Origin: Candidatus Sabulitectum sp.
Lineage (GTDB): Bacteria > Fermentibacterota > Fermentibacteria > Fermentibacterales > JCC-6
Assembly: GCA_023145375.1 (NCBI GenBank)
Contig: JAGLDY010000007.1
Location: 4,391 to 68,390 of the forward strand
Length of the DNA: 64,000 nucleotides
Direction: 5' to 3'
In this document: positions 20,819 through 31,130 of the stretch, in pieces
Numbering within the stretch: position 1 is the stretch's first letter
How the letters are laid out: every line of letters begins with the position of its first letter
The notes under the pieces: generated by a model
Told to the model about the DNA's origin: nothing
Seen by the model: the letters and a program-made list of their open reading frames with translations, nothing else
The model's database searches: none
Position numbers and translations under genes: made by a program

Positions 20819-22330
20819 ATGCCCAGGTACGGTTGTTTTGAGATAAGAACCAGTTGCAGAAGCTGTGGACATTCCATTCCCATTAACGGACCATTCAGAC
20901 GACTCTCATGCACAGCCTGCTTTGAGGACATGGTGCTTTCTCCTGAGAGAATAGCTGATTTCCTCAATGATTTTGAGGAAGAGTACGAAGGTCTTGCAGA
21001 TAGGCAGGGGCAGGGTGGAACCCTGATGAGCGGTAGTGGTACTTTTAAGTACAGCTATTGGCGATTGAAACCTCGCTGCTCTTCTTGTAAAGCAGTTCTT
21101 CCTCTTACTGAAGAACCCGGCAGTTCCTCTGTGAAATGCACTGAGTGTGGTTCCGTGTATTACATCTTTCCTGTTCCAGAGTGGCTTGGGAAGCTTGTAC
21201 CGTCTGCCAGGCTCTGTTTTACTCAGCAACCTCCTCCGGAAAACAATGACTCTGCCGGTTTGAAGGTGAACGAAAACTCTCAAAAACCAGTGGTGATGGC
21301 CTGCCCGCAGTGTGCTGCGGCACTCTCTGTTTCCTCCGGAAGCGAGAGGATAATGAACTGCAGTTACTGCAATTCGGAGATTTACGTTCCCGACGCTGTC
21401 TGGAAGAGACTTTACCCGGTAAGGAAAAGTGAAGAATGGTTTGTCTCTTTTGAAGGAAAGAACAACAATCAGCTTCAGGCTTCCAGACGTTTGAGGGACC
21501 AGAAGGAAGAGGAAAAAGAGCTGAAAACCTGGCGACTTAGGAATGCACCCAAAAAGGCAGCAGGAAAATTCCGACCAATTCTGATCATCCTTGGAGTTAT
21601 TCTTTCTCTTGCTGTTGTTGTCAGTCTTGTTCTTGTCCTTTCAGGATACAATCAGAAGCGTGTTCTGGGAATTCTAGAGTCACTTCTTCCAATTGTTCTC
21701 ACGGCGGGTGCTGTTCTCATACCTGTGGGATTCGTTTTGCAAACATTGTTTTCCGCGAAGATGGGAAAAGGGAAGAACTGTAAACAGGCAATGACTCTCC
21801 TTTCAGAGAAGCATGGCTGGAAACATGAAGGCGCTGAATACAGTAGCAGCCTGGGATACATTCGTGCAAAGTATCGTGGCAGGGATATTGAAATAGATCC
21901 CGGCGATGACTATGCCATTGAAGTTGATATCAATGATTCACCGTTCTACCTGAACACAGAGCCACCTGGATACCCCCATGAAGGTGTCCGACGATTTACA
22001 TCAGGCGACTGCAGATTTGACGACCTTTTTCCCATAAGGTACACCACTCCCGAACTTGCAGAAAAGATTGAGCAATCAGTTGATCATGCAAAGGTAGTAC
22101 TTGCTCCGATCTACTGGTTCCTGGACAGATGGGAGAAGAAGCTGGGAAGATTAAGGATTGACTGGAGCGATGCTGCAGTTCATCTGATCCCGGGGCACAT
22201 GGAGATCATGGATGCAGGAGGAAAGTATCTGCTGGCGGAAGATCTGGAACCTCTTTTGGAGGATATGACAACTCTTGCAGCAGCCATTGATGCTGTGGCT
22301 TCAGGCAGGGAACCTGATCTTACGGAGTGA
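20819..22330 (+). CDS. Hypothetical membrane protein with three zinc ribbons
   Basis: Six CxxC (CRSC, CTAC, CSSC, CTEC, CPQC, CSYC) and two TM helices; SD AAGGAGG before ATG 20819. Confidence 0.8.
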   Translation: MPRYGCFEIRTSCRSCGHSIPINGPFRRLSCTACFEDMVLSPERIADFLNDFEEEYEGLADRQGQGGTLMSGSGTFKYSYWRLKPRCSSCKAVLPLTEEPGSSSVKCTECGSVYYIFPVPEWLGKLVPSARLCFTQQPPPENNDSAGLKVNENSQKPVVMACPQCAAALSVSSGSERIMNCSYCNSEIYVPDAVWKRLYPVRKSEEWFVSFEGKNNNQLQASRRLRDQKEEEKELKTWRLRNAPKKAAGKFRPILIILGVILSLAVVVSLVLVLSGYNQKRVLGILESLLPIVLTAGAVLIPVGFVLQTLFSAKMGKGKNCKQAMTLLSEKHGWKHEGAEYSSSLGYIRAKYRGRDIEIDPGDDYAIEVDINDSPFYLNTEPPGYPHEGVRRFTSGDCRFDDLFPIRYTTPELAEKIEQSVDHAKVVLAPIYWFLDRWEKKLGRLRIDWSDAAVHLIPGHMEIMDAGGKYLLAEDLEPLLEDMTTLAAAIDAVASGREPDLTE

Positions 22331-23347
22331 TCAGTATTTTTTGCCAAACATGTACTGGATAGATCCCTGTACTACTCCCCATCCCAGTACGGCCATGTCG
22401 TAAATGCAGAGAAAGGCAAAGCTCAAAGTTACATTTCTGTTAAGATCTTTCCGGCATCTGTTGAGGAAACCGTAGTGACATACCAGCGCTGAAACAAGAA
22501 GAAGAACTGCAGAGACAAGAGCAGCTGAAGAAAGAAACAAGAGACCCCAGAGAATACAAAGCTGAGCCATTAGAACCAGCAGTATAGAGAGCACAACCCA
22601 TCTGCTGTGGTGTGTTCCTGACTCATGCACATTTATGTACCGGGCCAGGAGCCTCTTCTTGACCTGTCTCCATCCGCTTTTTGCCTGAGCTCTTGCCATT
22701 CTCAGTCTTCTGCTTGTGAACTGAGCCAGCGTGTATGAAGCCAGGTGCGTAACCTGAACGGTCTTGTCTAGAATTATTGTTCCACCGCTTTCCACTATGG
22801 TGTATCCAAGCTCTTCGTCCTCAACGGTGGGCTCAGGTATTCTTACATTGAAGCCGCCTATTTCCTGGAACCGGTCTCGTCTTACGGCTGAACACCAGGT
22901 GGCGAAGGTAGCAGTTCTCCCATCCGGCATTCTGTTGAGACTGTAGTAGTAGTAGTAATTCTGATACTGCGAAACTAAATCTGTTGTCGGGCATACAGGT
23001 GTATACAAGGTTTGAACAGCCCAGACAGATCTGTCATCGAAATGAGCTGTGATCTTCTCGATCAGATCAACAGGAACAGTTACATCAGAGTCCAGAAACA
23101 GTATCACATCACCTCCAGCGGCAGCGGCCCCCATATTTCTGGCAGTTGCCGGGCCCTCTCTTCCCCCGGTGCTTAGAAGAGTAACACCGTACTCTTCTGC
23201 TATGGTCGCTGTGTTGTCGCTTGATCCGTCATCAACGAGAATGACCTCTGAGGGCTGTATGGATTGCTTACTGATAGAATCAAGACACATGCAGATAGTA
23301 TTGCCGGCATTCCAGGCTGGAATAATAACGGAAATAGTGAGGTTCAA
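22331..23347 (-). CDS. Glycosyltransferase family 2 (paralog of 17112-18104)
   Basis: SVIIPAWN, VDDGSSD, ARNMG, FLDSD, VEDEELG; likely start TTG 23347 after GGAGG. Confidence 0.92.
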   Translation of the reverse strand: MNLTISVIIPAWNAGNTICMCLDSISKQSIQPSEVILVDDGSSDNTATIAEEYGVTLLSTGGREGPATARNMGAAAAGGDVILFLDSDVTVPVDLIEKITAHFDDRSVWAVQTLYTPVCPTTDLVSQYQNYYYYYSLNRMPDGRTATFATWCSAVRRDRFQEIGGFNVRIPEPTVEDEELGYTIVESGGTIILDKTVQVTHLASYTLAQFTSRRLRMARAQAKSGWRQVKKRLLARYINVHESGTHHSRWVVLSILLVLMAQLCILWGLLFLSSAALVSAVLLLVSALVCHYGFLNRCRKDLNRNVTLSFAFLCIYDMAVLGWGVVQGSIQYMFGKKY

Positions 23348-23447
23348 TTTTCCTCCGTACCAGTGTTGAAAGAAGACACAATACAGCTCAAGGAATATAT
23401 TCAAGAATGATGTAGTTGGTACTCCCCCTGGATAAGGTAAGTGTACA

Positions 23448-24242
23448 ATGAAAATACTCTGGCCTGAACTGCTTGTGCTTGTTCTCTTTCTTCTGGGGGA
23501 TCTGCTGTGGGACGGGTTTGCTTCAGCTGCAGCCGGCGCAGGAGCAGGCCTTCTTGCTTTTCTCATTCTTCTTGCATTCAAAAAGAAGAAACCGGGGTTG
23601 ATAGTTGAAGGACTGACCTTTGGCGGGATTACTGCTTTGGGCGAATTTGTGGATTATCCCGGCGGCACTCTTCTGCTCATGGAACTTGTTTTCGCAGTGA
23701 TTTTGCTGGTTTCTGTTATCTCCGGCAAAGATATCATTTCAAGAATGGCTGGAGGGTTTGGAAGAGGATTATTTTCAGAGCAGCAGTCCAGAGTTCTCTC
23801 CATGACACTTGGATCTGTTTTTCTCCTGCATTCACTGCTGTGCACAATACTCGTTCTTCTTGGACATTTCAGCTGGTGGGTTGGTTCGATTCTCTTTGCT
23901 GTTATGTATCTGCTGGCTTTGAGAATGAGCAAAGCAGGGATGAAGAGTGCTATTCTGGATAGCCTCCCGATTCTTATCGAAGAGAAAGATTGTTTTTACT
24001 GCCTTAAGGTGGATGGACTTGTTACCGGGAGGATCCAGATCATTGAAGAGGCCGGCGCTACCTCCACTGTTGGAATTTCAGTTGTTGAAACAGAACCCCA
24101 CAAGTTTCTCAAACAGCTTGAGGCGGCACTGAAAAGGAGGGGAACCAGGAATCTGACTGTTGAAGGTTGGAGCCTGGACGAGATCGAGATGGAGATGCAG
24201 GGATTCGTCAAGTTTGATGGTAAGTGGAGAAAAAGACTTTAA
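23448..24242 (+). CDS. Hypothetical membrane protein
   Basis: About 6 TM segments plus a soluble C-terminal domain; divergent from the GT2 gene. Confidence 0.7.
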   Translation: MKILWPELLVLVLFLLGDLLWDGFASAAAGAGAGLLAFLILLAFKKKKPGLIVEGLTFGGITALGEFVDYPGGTLLLMELVFAVILLVSVISGKDIISRMAGGFGRGLFSEQQSRVLSMTLGSVFLLHSLLCTILVLLGHFSWWVGSILFAVMYLLALRMSKAGMKSAILDSLPILIEEKDCFYCLKVDGLVTGRIQIIEEAGATSTVGISVVETEPHKFLKQLEAALKRRGTRNLTVEGWSLDEIEMEMQGFVKFDGKWRKRL

Positions 24243-24450
24243 TCTTCACCCGTTCCGTGAAGACATGTTCCTTCTTAAATTCAGTTCCATATTTACACTG
24301 ATTCGACTACGGAGTTTCATGGTCTGTTTCACCATCATCAGAGCTTGACTTTCACAAAGTGTAATGCCATTGTAGAAATCCGTGGAGCCACAAGGTACAT
24401 CATATTAATAGATTGTTATTACTGATAAACATAGCAAGGAGGTCCCTCAA

Positions 24451-24696
24451 TTGACCGATGCCAAGTACCCTCGTTCAGAGGTGGATCCAGACAAGTGTAA
24501 GGGCTGTGGATTGTGTATCGCAGCCTGTCCCAAAAAGGTTCTGGTATTCTCGCCTAAGCTGAACTCAAAAGGTTATCACTACGCAGAGTATGTTGGTAGT
24601 GGTTGTGTTGGATGTGGTAATTGTTTCTACAACTGTCCTGAGCCAGACGCCATTACCGTGTATTTAAGAAACTACGACCCGGAAAAGGTGGTGTAA
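24451..24696 (+). CDS. 2[4Fe-4S] ferredoxin, delta subunit of 2-oxoacid:ferredoxin oxidoreductase
   Basis: [12 protein letters not shown] and [21 protein letters not shown]. Confidence 0.92.
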   Translation: MTDAKYPRSEVDPDKCKGCGLCIAACPKKVLVFSPKLNSKGYHYAEYVGSGCVGCGNCFYNCPEPDAITVYLRNYDPEKVV

Positions 24697-24697
24697 A

Positions 24698-25756
24698 ATG
24701 GCCAGAATGCTAATGAAAGGTAACTATGCAGCTGTATACGGTGCCGCCATGGCCGGGTGCACTGCATACTATGGATATCCCATAACACCTGCAAGCGAGA
24801 TTGCAGAATCTGCTGCTGCGCTTTTTCCCAAGCTGGGAAGAATTTTCCTACAGGCTGAGAGTGAAGTTGCGGCTATTAATATGGTTTACGGCGCTGCCGG
24901 TAGCGGCCAGAGGGTAATGACCGGAAGCTCCGGTCCTGGAATCAGTTTGAAGTCTGAAGGTATCTCTTACTGTGCAGGTGCTGCACTGCCCTGTGTGATC
25001 GTTGATATCATGCGTGGCGGTCCCGGGCTTGGAAACATCGGGCCGGAGCAGAGTGACTACAACCAGGTTGTAAAAGGTGGCGGGCACGGAAACTACAAGA
25101 ACATAGTTCTCGCCCCGAACAGCAGTCAGGAAATGTGTGACTACACCATGCTGGCTTTTGAGTTGGCAGACAAGTACAGAACGCCTGTTTTTGTACTTAC
25201 CGACGGTGTTATTGGCCAGATGATGGAATCTGTAACGATTCCCGAGCCGGTAAAAGAACTACCTGATAAGAGCGACTATGCAGTTTTCGGCAATCCCCTT
25301 CACAAGAACCTCGTTAACTCCATTTACATAGATCACGATGATCTTGAAGCATGGAACATGGTTCTTTACAAGAAGTACCAGCAGATCGAAGAAAACGAAG
25401 TTCGTTTTGAAGAATACATGATGGACGATGCTGAAATTGTAGTTGTCGGTTACGGTTCTGTGAGTAGAGTTCTCAGAACTGCAGTTGATGACGCCCGTGC
25501 AAAGGGAGTTAAAATGGGGCTTTTCCGTCCCATTACGCTGTTCCCTTTCCCGGTGAATGAAATAGCAGCGTTTCCAGGTCGCGGTGTAAAACATGTTCTC
25601 ACGGTTGAGCTTTCAACCGGTCAGATGGTTGATGATGTAAATCTTGCTCTGGGTGGAGTGATTAAGAGTGATCTTTACTTCCGTCTTGGTGGAAATGTCC
25701 CGTCAGCGGATGAAATTACCGGGAAAGTCTCCGAGCTTTATGGGGAGGTAAAGTAA
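24698..25756 (+). CDS. vorB: 3-methyl-2-oxobutanoate/2-oxoacid:ferredoxin oxidoreductase alpha-type subunit
   Basis: [36 protein letters not shown]. Confidence 0.9.
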   Translation: MARMLMKGNYAAVYGAAMAGCTAYYGYPITPASEIAESAAALFPKLGRIFLQAESEVAAINMVYGAAGSGQRVMTGSSGPGISLKSEGISYCAGAALPCVIVDIMRGGPGLGNIGPEQSDYNQVVKGGGHGNYKNIVLAPNSSQEMCDYTMLAFELADKYRTPVFVLTDGVIGQMMESVTIPEPVKELPDKSDYAVFGNPLHKNLVNSIYIDHDDLEAWNMVLYKKYQQIEENEVRFEEYMMDDAEIVVVGYGSVSRVLRTAVDDARAKGVKMGLFRPITLFPFPVNEIAAFPGRGVKHVLTVELSTGQMVDDVNLALGGVIKSDLYFRLGGNVPSADEITGKVSELYGEVK

Positions 25757-27192
25757 TGAAAAAGACAGTACTCAGAAAACCAAAAGGTTTTATCGATGTG
25801 TACAAGCACAAGCCTGGTGCCGAGAAAGACAGAACTCACTACTGCCCGGGATGTGGCCACGGTATTCTTCACAAACTGATAGCAGAAGCAATTGAAGATC
25901 TGGATATCATAGACGATACAATTCTGATAAGCCCTGTGGGCTGCAGTGTTTTTGCTTACTACTACTTCGACACAGGTAACTTCCAGGTTGCTCATGGCCG
26001 GGCACCTGCCGTTGGAACAGCGGTGAGCAGGGCCAATCCCGACAAGGTAGTTATCAGTTATCAGGGTGACGGAGATCTTGCAGCTATTGGCGGAAACAAT
26101 ATTCTCCAGGCTGCAAACAGGGGAGAAAACATTGCAGTTTTCTTTGTGAATAATGCTATCTACGGTATGACAGGTGGGCAGATGGCTCCAACGACACTTC
26201 TGGAGCAGATAACCACCACAACACCCTACGGAAGAAATGCCAATACTGACGGCTTTCCCATGAAGATGTGTGAGGTGCTAAGTCAGCTCAGTGCTCCAAC
26301 CTATGTAGAGCGTGTTTCACTTCACGATGCGCCTCACATCAGGAGAACCCGTGCTGCTGTTCGCAAAGCTCTCCAGAACGCAAAGGAGAGAAAGGGCTTC
26401 CAGTTTGTGGAAGTTCTTTCCACCTGCCCCAGCGGTTGGAAAATTGACCCGGTCAAGAGCATGGAATGGGTTAAGGAGAAGATGCTTCCACAGTTCCCTC
26501 TTGGGGTTTACAAGGACGTTAGTAACGAAGCGGTGGCAGTTGAAAGACCTGTGCCGATTTTTGACCCTGCTATAGTTTGGGAGAAACTTGGGATATCTTC
26601 TGTGGCAGATGTTGACTTCCCCAGAGGTGATGTTCCCGATGAGTACCGTAAGATGTCTATCAGAGTGGCCGGTTTTGGTGGTCAGGGTATTATGGTTACA
26701 GGGCAGGCTCTTGCCAGTGTAGCTCTTGAATACGGTTACAATGTTTCATGGCTTCCCAGCTACGGCCCGGAGATGCGAGGCGGAACGGCAAACTGTTCTG
26801 TGAACATACAGGATGGTACTATCGGTGCTGCTGAAGCAGTAAAGCCTGGTTTGCTTTTAGCAATGAACCGACCCAGTCTGGAGAAGTTCGAGAAGTTCAT
26901 AGTGCCGGGTGGAACACTGATCTACAACAGCACGCTCATAGACATTAAGCCTGTACGGAATGATATCAAGGTTTTTGCCATACCTATCACTGGAATAGCG
27001 GATGAACTGGGTAACACCAGGGTTCAGAGTCTTGTTAACATCGGTGCCTATGCAGCTATCACAGGCATGTTCAATGTGGATCATGTAGTGGAACTGCTAC
27101 CGAAGCTCTTCAAGGGCAAGAAACAGGCTATTATTGATCTGAATGCAAAAGCAGTGAAAGCCGGTTATGACTATGTAAAGGAGAATTTCTAG
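25756..27192 (+). CDS. vorA: 2-oxoacid:ferredoxin oxidoreductase, fused beta (TPP-binding) and gamma subunit
   Basis: YCPGCGHG, GDGDLAAIG, YGMTGGQ; then AGFGGQG, PSYGPEMRGG. Confidence 0.88.
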   Translation: MKKTVLRKPKGFIDVYKHKPGAEKDRTHYCPGCGHGILHKLIAEAIEDLDIIDDTILISPVGCSVFAYYYFDTGNFQVAHGRAPAVGTAVSRANPDKVVISYQGDGDLAAIGGNNILQAANRGENIAVFFVNNAIYGMTGGQMAPTTLLEQITTTTPYGRNANTDGFPMKMCEVLSQLSAPTYVERVSLHDAPHIRRTRAAVRKALQNAKERKGFQFVEVLSTCPSGWKIDPVKSMEWVKEKMLPQFPLGVYKDVSNEAVAVERPVPIFDPAIVWEKLGISSVADVDFPRGDVPDEYRKMSIRVAGFGGQGIMVTGQALASVALEYGYNVSWLPSYGPEMRGGTANCSVNIQDGTIGAAEAVKPGLLLAMNRPSLEKFEKFIVPGGTLIYNSTLIDIKPVRNDIKVFAIPITGIADELGNTRVQSLVNIGAYAAITGMFNVDHVVELLPKLFKGKKQAIIDLNAKAVKAGYDYVKENF

Positions 27193-27206
27193 CCTGATAC
27201 CAGTAG

Positions 27207-27238
27207 ATAACCCGGTGGGATTCGTCCCTCCGGGTTAT
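27207..27238. terminator. Bidirectional terminator hairpin between convergent genes
   Basis: ATAACCCGG-T-GGGA-TTCG-TCCC-T-CCGGGTTAT. Confidence 0.75.
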
Positions 27239-28737
27239 TCTTTATCTGCAGAAAACCAGGAAACCTCACGAATCTCTACTGTTCTCTGCTTTCTTACATG
27301 TCTGTCCCAAAGGTCTGCCATGAAACGATACACAGTCATATCACTCTTCATTGAGAACCTGCGGGTGAAAAGAGCTGCAATGCTTCGCAGTACTTTCACA
27401 GGATGTGTTATCGTCTTTATCACTGCGAACTGAATGTATATCCAGATCCTTGCATAAGTGATCAGTTTGTAATTGTCTCTCCATGTGGGAGAGAAATTTA
27501 TGTTCTCGAACTCAATATCATCCGGCTTCAGATCAGCCACATCTGTCTCCGGTAGCGGGGTCAGCATGAAAGCTACGATCTCGTCCATTCCGAGAACAAT
27601 AAGCTCCCTGATGAATTTGTATGTCAGCTTCCTGTCCTCCTTTTCTTCTCCGGGAAAACCAAGAACAAAATTGCAGTTGACCCGGATCCCGATCTTGTTA
27701 CACCAGTGAACAACCTTTTTTACGTGGTCAAGATCAACCGGCTTATTCATGAGTTTAAGCACCTTCCTGGAAGCTGACTCAGGAGAAAGAGCAAAGTATT
27801 TGCAGCCGGAATCGTAGAGCATTTGAAGTTCTTCCTCTCCAACGGTTTCCACCTTTATCCCCGAAGGAAAGCAGTATGTGTAGTTTCTTTTCCTCTTAAT
27901 CAGTTCCCTGGTGAATTCTCTCGTTCTTTCCTTTGACAGGGAAAAATTCTCATCCTGAATATGGAAATCACTTACGCCGTAGCGGTGATGGTAATAGTCC
28001 ATCTCGTCAACAATTCTGGACGGACTTTTTGCCATCCAGTGACCTCCCCACATTTTCGGAGTCTGGCAGAAAGCACAGGCAAAAGGGCAGCCTCTACTTG
28101 TAAACATTGTGATGTATTTACCCTCCCTTACCGGACCATGAGCGTAGTGCAACTTCCAGTAGTTATCCAGGGGGATAGGATCAAAATATGCAAAAGGGAG
28201 GTCTTCTATTGGGCAAACTTCCGGTGTTCTCGCTTTGTTAAAACCGCTTCCAAATATGCCGTTCATAGAAAAGTTCTCACCGGACTCAAGCATTCGAAGA
28301 AGCATTGGCAGACGATGTTCACCTTCACCCTGAAGCAGATAGTCTGCTCCTGCTTCTAGAAATGGATCAACACAGAAAGTTGTGTGGTATCCTCCAACAA
28401 CCAGAGGAATATCCGGGAATCTCAGCTTTGATTCCTTTATGATCCGGATTGCCATTCCGTGCTCCAGTGTACAATGGACTGAAACACCGATCACATCAAC
28501 ATCCCCTGGAATGCATGCAACAATTTCATCAGGAAGTAGTCCCCGGGCCTCGAATTTATCCAGATATGAAGTGAAACGGTGAGGAGCGAGTCCATAGGCA
28601 TCCACAATGGCTATCTGATGGCCTGCCTTCAAAAGCACACTTGCCAGGTAGGGTAGATTGGCTGGAATCCCAGGCGTGGAGCCAAAAGGGCTGTTCTTCA
28701 AATTCACGATGGGAGTTCTTAAAAAAGCCATTTTCAT
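27235..28737 (-). CDS. Cobalamin-binding radical SAM protein
   Basis: B12 domain (VVGGYH, GEGE); TSRGCPFACAFC; IQDENF; LGFPGE. Confidence 0.93.
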   Translation of the reverse strand: MKMAFLRTPIVNLKNSPFGSTPGIPANLPYLASVLLKAGHQIAIVDAYGLAPHRFTSYLDKFEARGLLPDEIVACIPGDVDVIGVSVHCTLEHGMAIRIIKESKLRFPDIPLVVGGYHTTFCVDPFLEAGADYLLQGEGEHRLPMLLRMLESGENFSMNGIFGSGFNKARTPEVCPIEDLPFAYFDPIPLDNYWKLHYAHGPVREGKYITMFTSRGCPFACAFCQTPKMWGGHWMAKSPSRIVDEMDYYHHRYGVSDFHIQDENFSLSKERTREFTRELIKRKRNYTYCFPSGIKVETVGEEELQMLYDSGCKYFALSPESASRKVLKLMNKPVDLDHVKKVVHWCNKIGIRVNCNFVLGFPGEEKEDRKLTYKFIRELIVLGMDEIVAFMLTPLPETDVADLKPDDIEFENINFSPTWRDNYKLITYARIWIYIQFAVIKTITHPVKVLRSIAALFTRRFSMKSDMTVYRFMADLWDRHVRKQRTVEIREVSWFSADKE

Positions 28738-29816
28738 GATCTATTTTTCCTTGATGAAAAGAACTGGGAAATTGTAGCCCCCAGCAGAGAAGGCAGGAAA
28801 GATGGAGTGGAAACAATATTTGTAGAAATAGCACATTCCCAGGTGCATGAACATTTGTTCCGGTTCATGGTGTGAAGAATTTCTTTGGACTCTTTTAGAA
28901 TTTTCCTGAGATCGTAGTTACTTTTGCGCAGATCCCCCAGGATGTCCTCTCGCGCTTCGCACAACCGCACTATTCCTGTCTCAGTAATGACTGTGATCTT
29001 TCTGCCCGCAGTACATCTGGAGATGTGTTCTCCGTTCATGATCCTGCGCAGGTTTTGTATATACACCGAATTCAGACCGCGGAAAAAGGGGCTCAGGAAT
29101 CTTGTTTCCTTTGAGGTGCTTGCTTTTCTGTACACCATTATTTCCTCAAGGAACTGGTCTGTGTTCAACCCGTCAACAGTTACATTGGGCCAATCAGGTC
29201 TTAACAGGTGAAGCTCATGGTTGTCTGGATTGATCTTTTCTCTAACCCATTCCCGAAGTTCAGAATGAACCGAAGCGTTTTCCTGAAGATAGACTGTGAG
29301 TATATCCAGGGTAAGATTGTTTCTGGATTGCTTCAGGGTGTTTATTCTCTCAGTAGTCTCAAGGATACTGTCGAGGCATCCAGGTACTCCTCGGATATCA
29401 TCGTGCTTCTTATTACTGAAATCGACACTGAATGCAGCCCTGAAGTGGCATCCAGGATATTTTTCCGTGAGATTTGCAAATAGTTTCTCAGAGCGATCAG
29501 GTGATAGTCCGTTTGATGGAATGGTAATGAACTGAGAGTTTGCATTCTTTATGAAGAATCCAACCACTTCCTCCAGATCATTCCTGAGAACAGGTTCTCC
29601 GCCTGAAAGAAGAAGATAGGGGATGTTACCGCACTTCTTTGATATGCGTTCCATCTCATCTGTGGTGAGTTCACTCACAGAATCTTTGTCTTTGTTCAGT
29701 TCATCAGCATAGAAGCAGAAACTGCATCTGGCATTACATCTCGATGTTACAAACAGGATCAGGAACGAAGGTTGTGCAGGGTTAAGGTAACTGGCTGCCA
29801 TTTTTACAAGATTCAT
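28734..29816 (-). CDS. Radical SAM protein with SPASM/twitch-like C-terminus
   Basis: CNARCSFC, SGGEP, CTAG...LCE...CSCTWEC; ATGA overlap with the downstream gene. Confidence 0.92.
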   Translation of the reverse strand: MNLVKMAASYLNPAQPSFLILFVTSRCNARCSFCFYADELNKDKDSVSELTTDEMERISKKCGNIPYLLLSGGEPVLRNDLEEVVGFFIKNANSQFITIPSNGLSPDRSEKLFANLTEKYPGCHFRAAFSVDFSNKKHDDIRGVPGCLDSILETTERINTLKQSRNNLTLDILTVYLQENASVHSELREWVREKINPDNHELHLLRPDWPNVTVDGLNTDQFLEEIMVYRKASTSKETRFLSPFFRGLNSVYIQNLRRIMNGEHISRCTAGRKITVITETGIVRLCEAREDILGDLRKSNYDLRKILKESKEILHTMNRNKCSCTWECAISTNIVSTPSFLPSLLGATISQFFSSRKNRS

Positions 29817-30032
29817 TCAATCAAACTTTCCGCAGAGTTGTTGTTGGATCCAGCATACTACAGCCAAATATACATCAGCCGAGGCAGTGAAACTAAAAAG
29901 TACATACTCGTTGCATGAGATTCGCAGTGTTCAACCATTGCAATGATAGCCTCAGGCAAGTGGGTTTTTAGCATTGGGAAAATTGTGTATTATTGATGCG
30001 TGTAGAAACCTTTTAATTTACTGGAGGGCGAA

Positions 30033-31109
30033 ATGAAGAATCTAGTGTTTTCCTTTCTTTCAGTCATGCTGTTCTTGCCTCTGGTCGCACTGGGTTACGG
30101 TTATCCTGCTGCAATGGGGCTGGGTAGCATCATGCCGGGAATAGATGCGGTTTCTCACGGGTTTGGTGGAGTATCATCAGTTAATGTCGGGGGTATGAAC
30201 CTGTTTGGTAATCCAGCCGAGCTCACTGGTTACAATCCGTCTTTTTCTGCTTCAATAGGCCCGCTTATTCTCAAACAGACGGTGGACGATGGTCTTGGCA
30301 AGCACACTCTAACCTATGCAGGCCTGGGAGTATCAAGTTTTCAGGCTGGCTTTGGCATCGGCTCATCCAGTGTTGCCTTAGGAATTGCAAAGATCCGTGA
30401 TTACACCTACAAGGGTGAGTATTTCTTTATCGATACAAACCCTGATCCCATTATTGCCGGTTTCGAGAACCTCACAGTCACCGGTGGAGTTTGGGAAGCA
30501 GCCACAGGTGCTGCCACTGTGCTTCCAGGTGATATCAGTATTGGGGTATCCGCCGGATACCGTATGGGCAACATTGATTACGACTACTACTGGCACCATT
30601 TCAACGAAGCTATTCCCGATTCAACGGTAAAATGGAGCAGGGAAGAGGGAGAATTCTCATGGAGAGCCGGGGCTTCTGTTCCAGTGAGGTACGATATTGC
30701 CCTTGGAGCAGTGTACTCGTCTGAAACTGAGAACTGCCCTTCCAGCATTGCCGCCGGGGTTCGTTTTGGTAACATAGCCGCGTATTCCCCGGGCTTTGGA
30801 TTTGAAGGCAGGCTCTACGATACCGAAGATAGCAAAGCATGGTCAGCGAATGCTTTTGGTGGTATTCACCCTGATCACAACCTTTATTTCAGAGGTGGAG
30901 CTTCACTCTCATCCAGCGGAGGGAATGATGCTGAAGTCTCTCTTGGCATCTCCATGGGTGTCACTGTTGACCTTGGAAGAACAGATATCAGCGCTGCTTT
31001 CAATTACGGGGATGAAACAAGGAATGAGTATGTTCTAGGCTTCCCTGATGCTAAAACAATAAATGATATTATCACAGCTTTCACCGTGGGAGCTGTAATC
31101 GAACTCTAA
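30033..31109 (+). CDS. Outer-membrane beta-barrel protein (FadL/PorV-like)
   Basis: Signal peptide, FGNPA motif, alternating beta-strand pattern. Confidence 0.7.
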   Translation: MKNLVFSFLSVMLFLPLVALGYGYPAAMGLGSIMPGIDAVSHGFGGVSSVNVGGMNLFGNPAELTGYNPSFSASIGPLILKQTVDDGLGKHTLTYAGLGVSSFQAGFGIGSSSVALGIAKIRDYTYKGEYFFIDTNPDPIIAGFENLTVTGGVWEAATGAATVLPGDISIGVSAGYRMGNIDYDYYWHHFNEAIPDSTVKWSREEGEFSWRAGASVPVRYDIALGAVYSSETENCPSSIAAGVRFGNIAAYSPGFGFEGRLYDTEDSKAWSANAFGGIHPDHNLYFRGGASLSSSGGNDAEVSLGISMGVTVDLGRTDISAAFNYGDETRNEYVLGFPDAKTINDIITAFTVGAVIEL

Positions 31110-31130
31110 ACTCAGAGCTTGGAGAATTGA

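Noticed and set aside
23348..23581. Long N-terminal extension of the GT2 ORF
   Set aside because: It overlaps the divergent gene and is low-complexity; a TTG with a GGAGG SD at 23347 precedes the GT2 first strand.
24340..24360. Possible Rex operator upstream of the vor operon
   Set aside because: Only a TTCACAA half-site is present; no palindrome.
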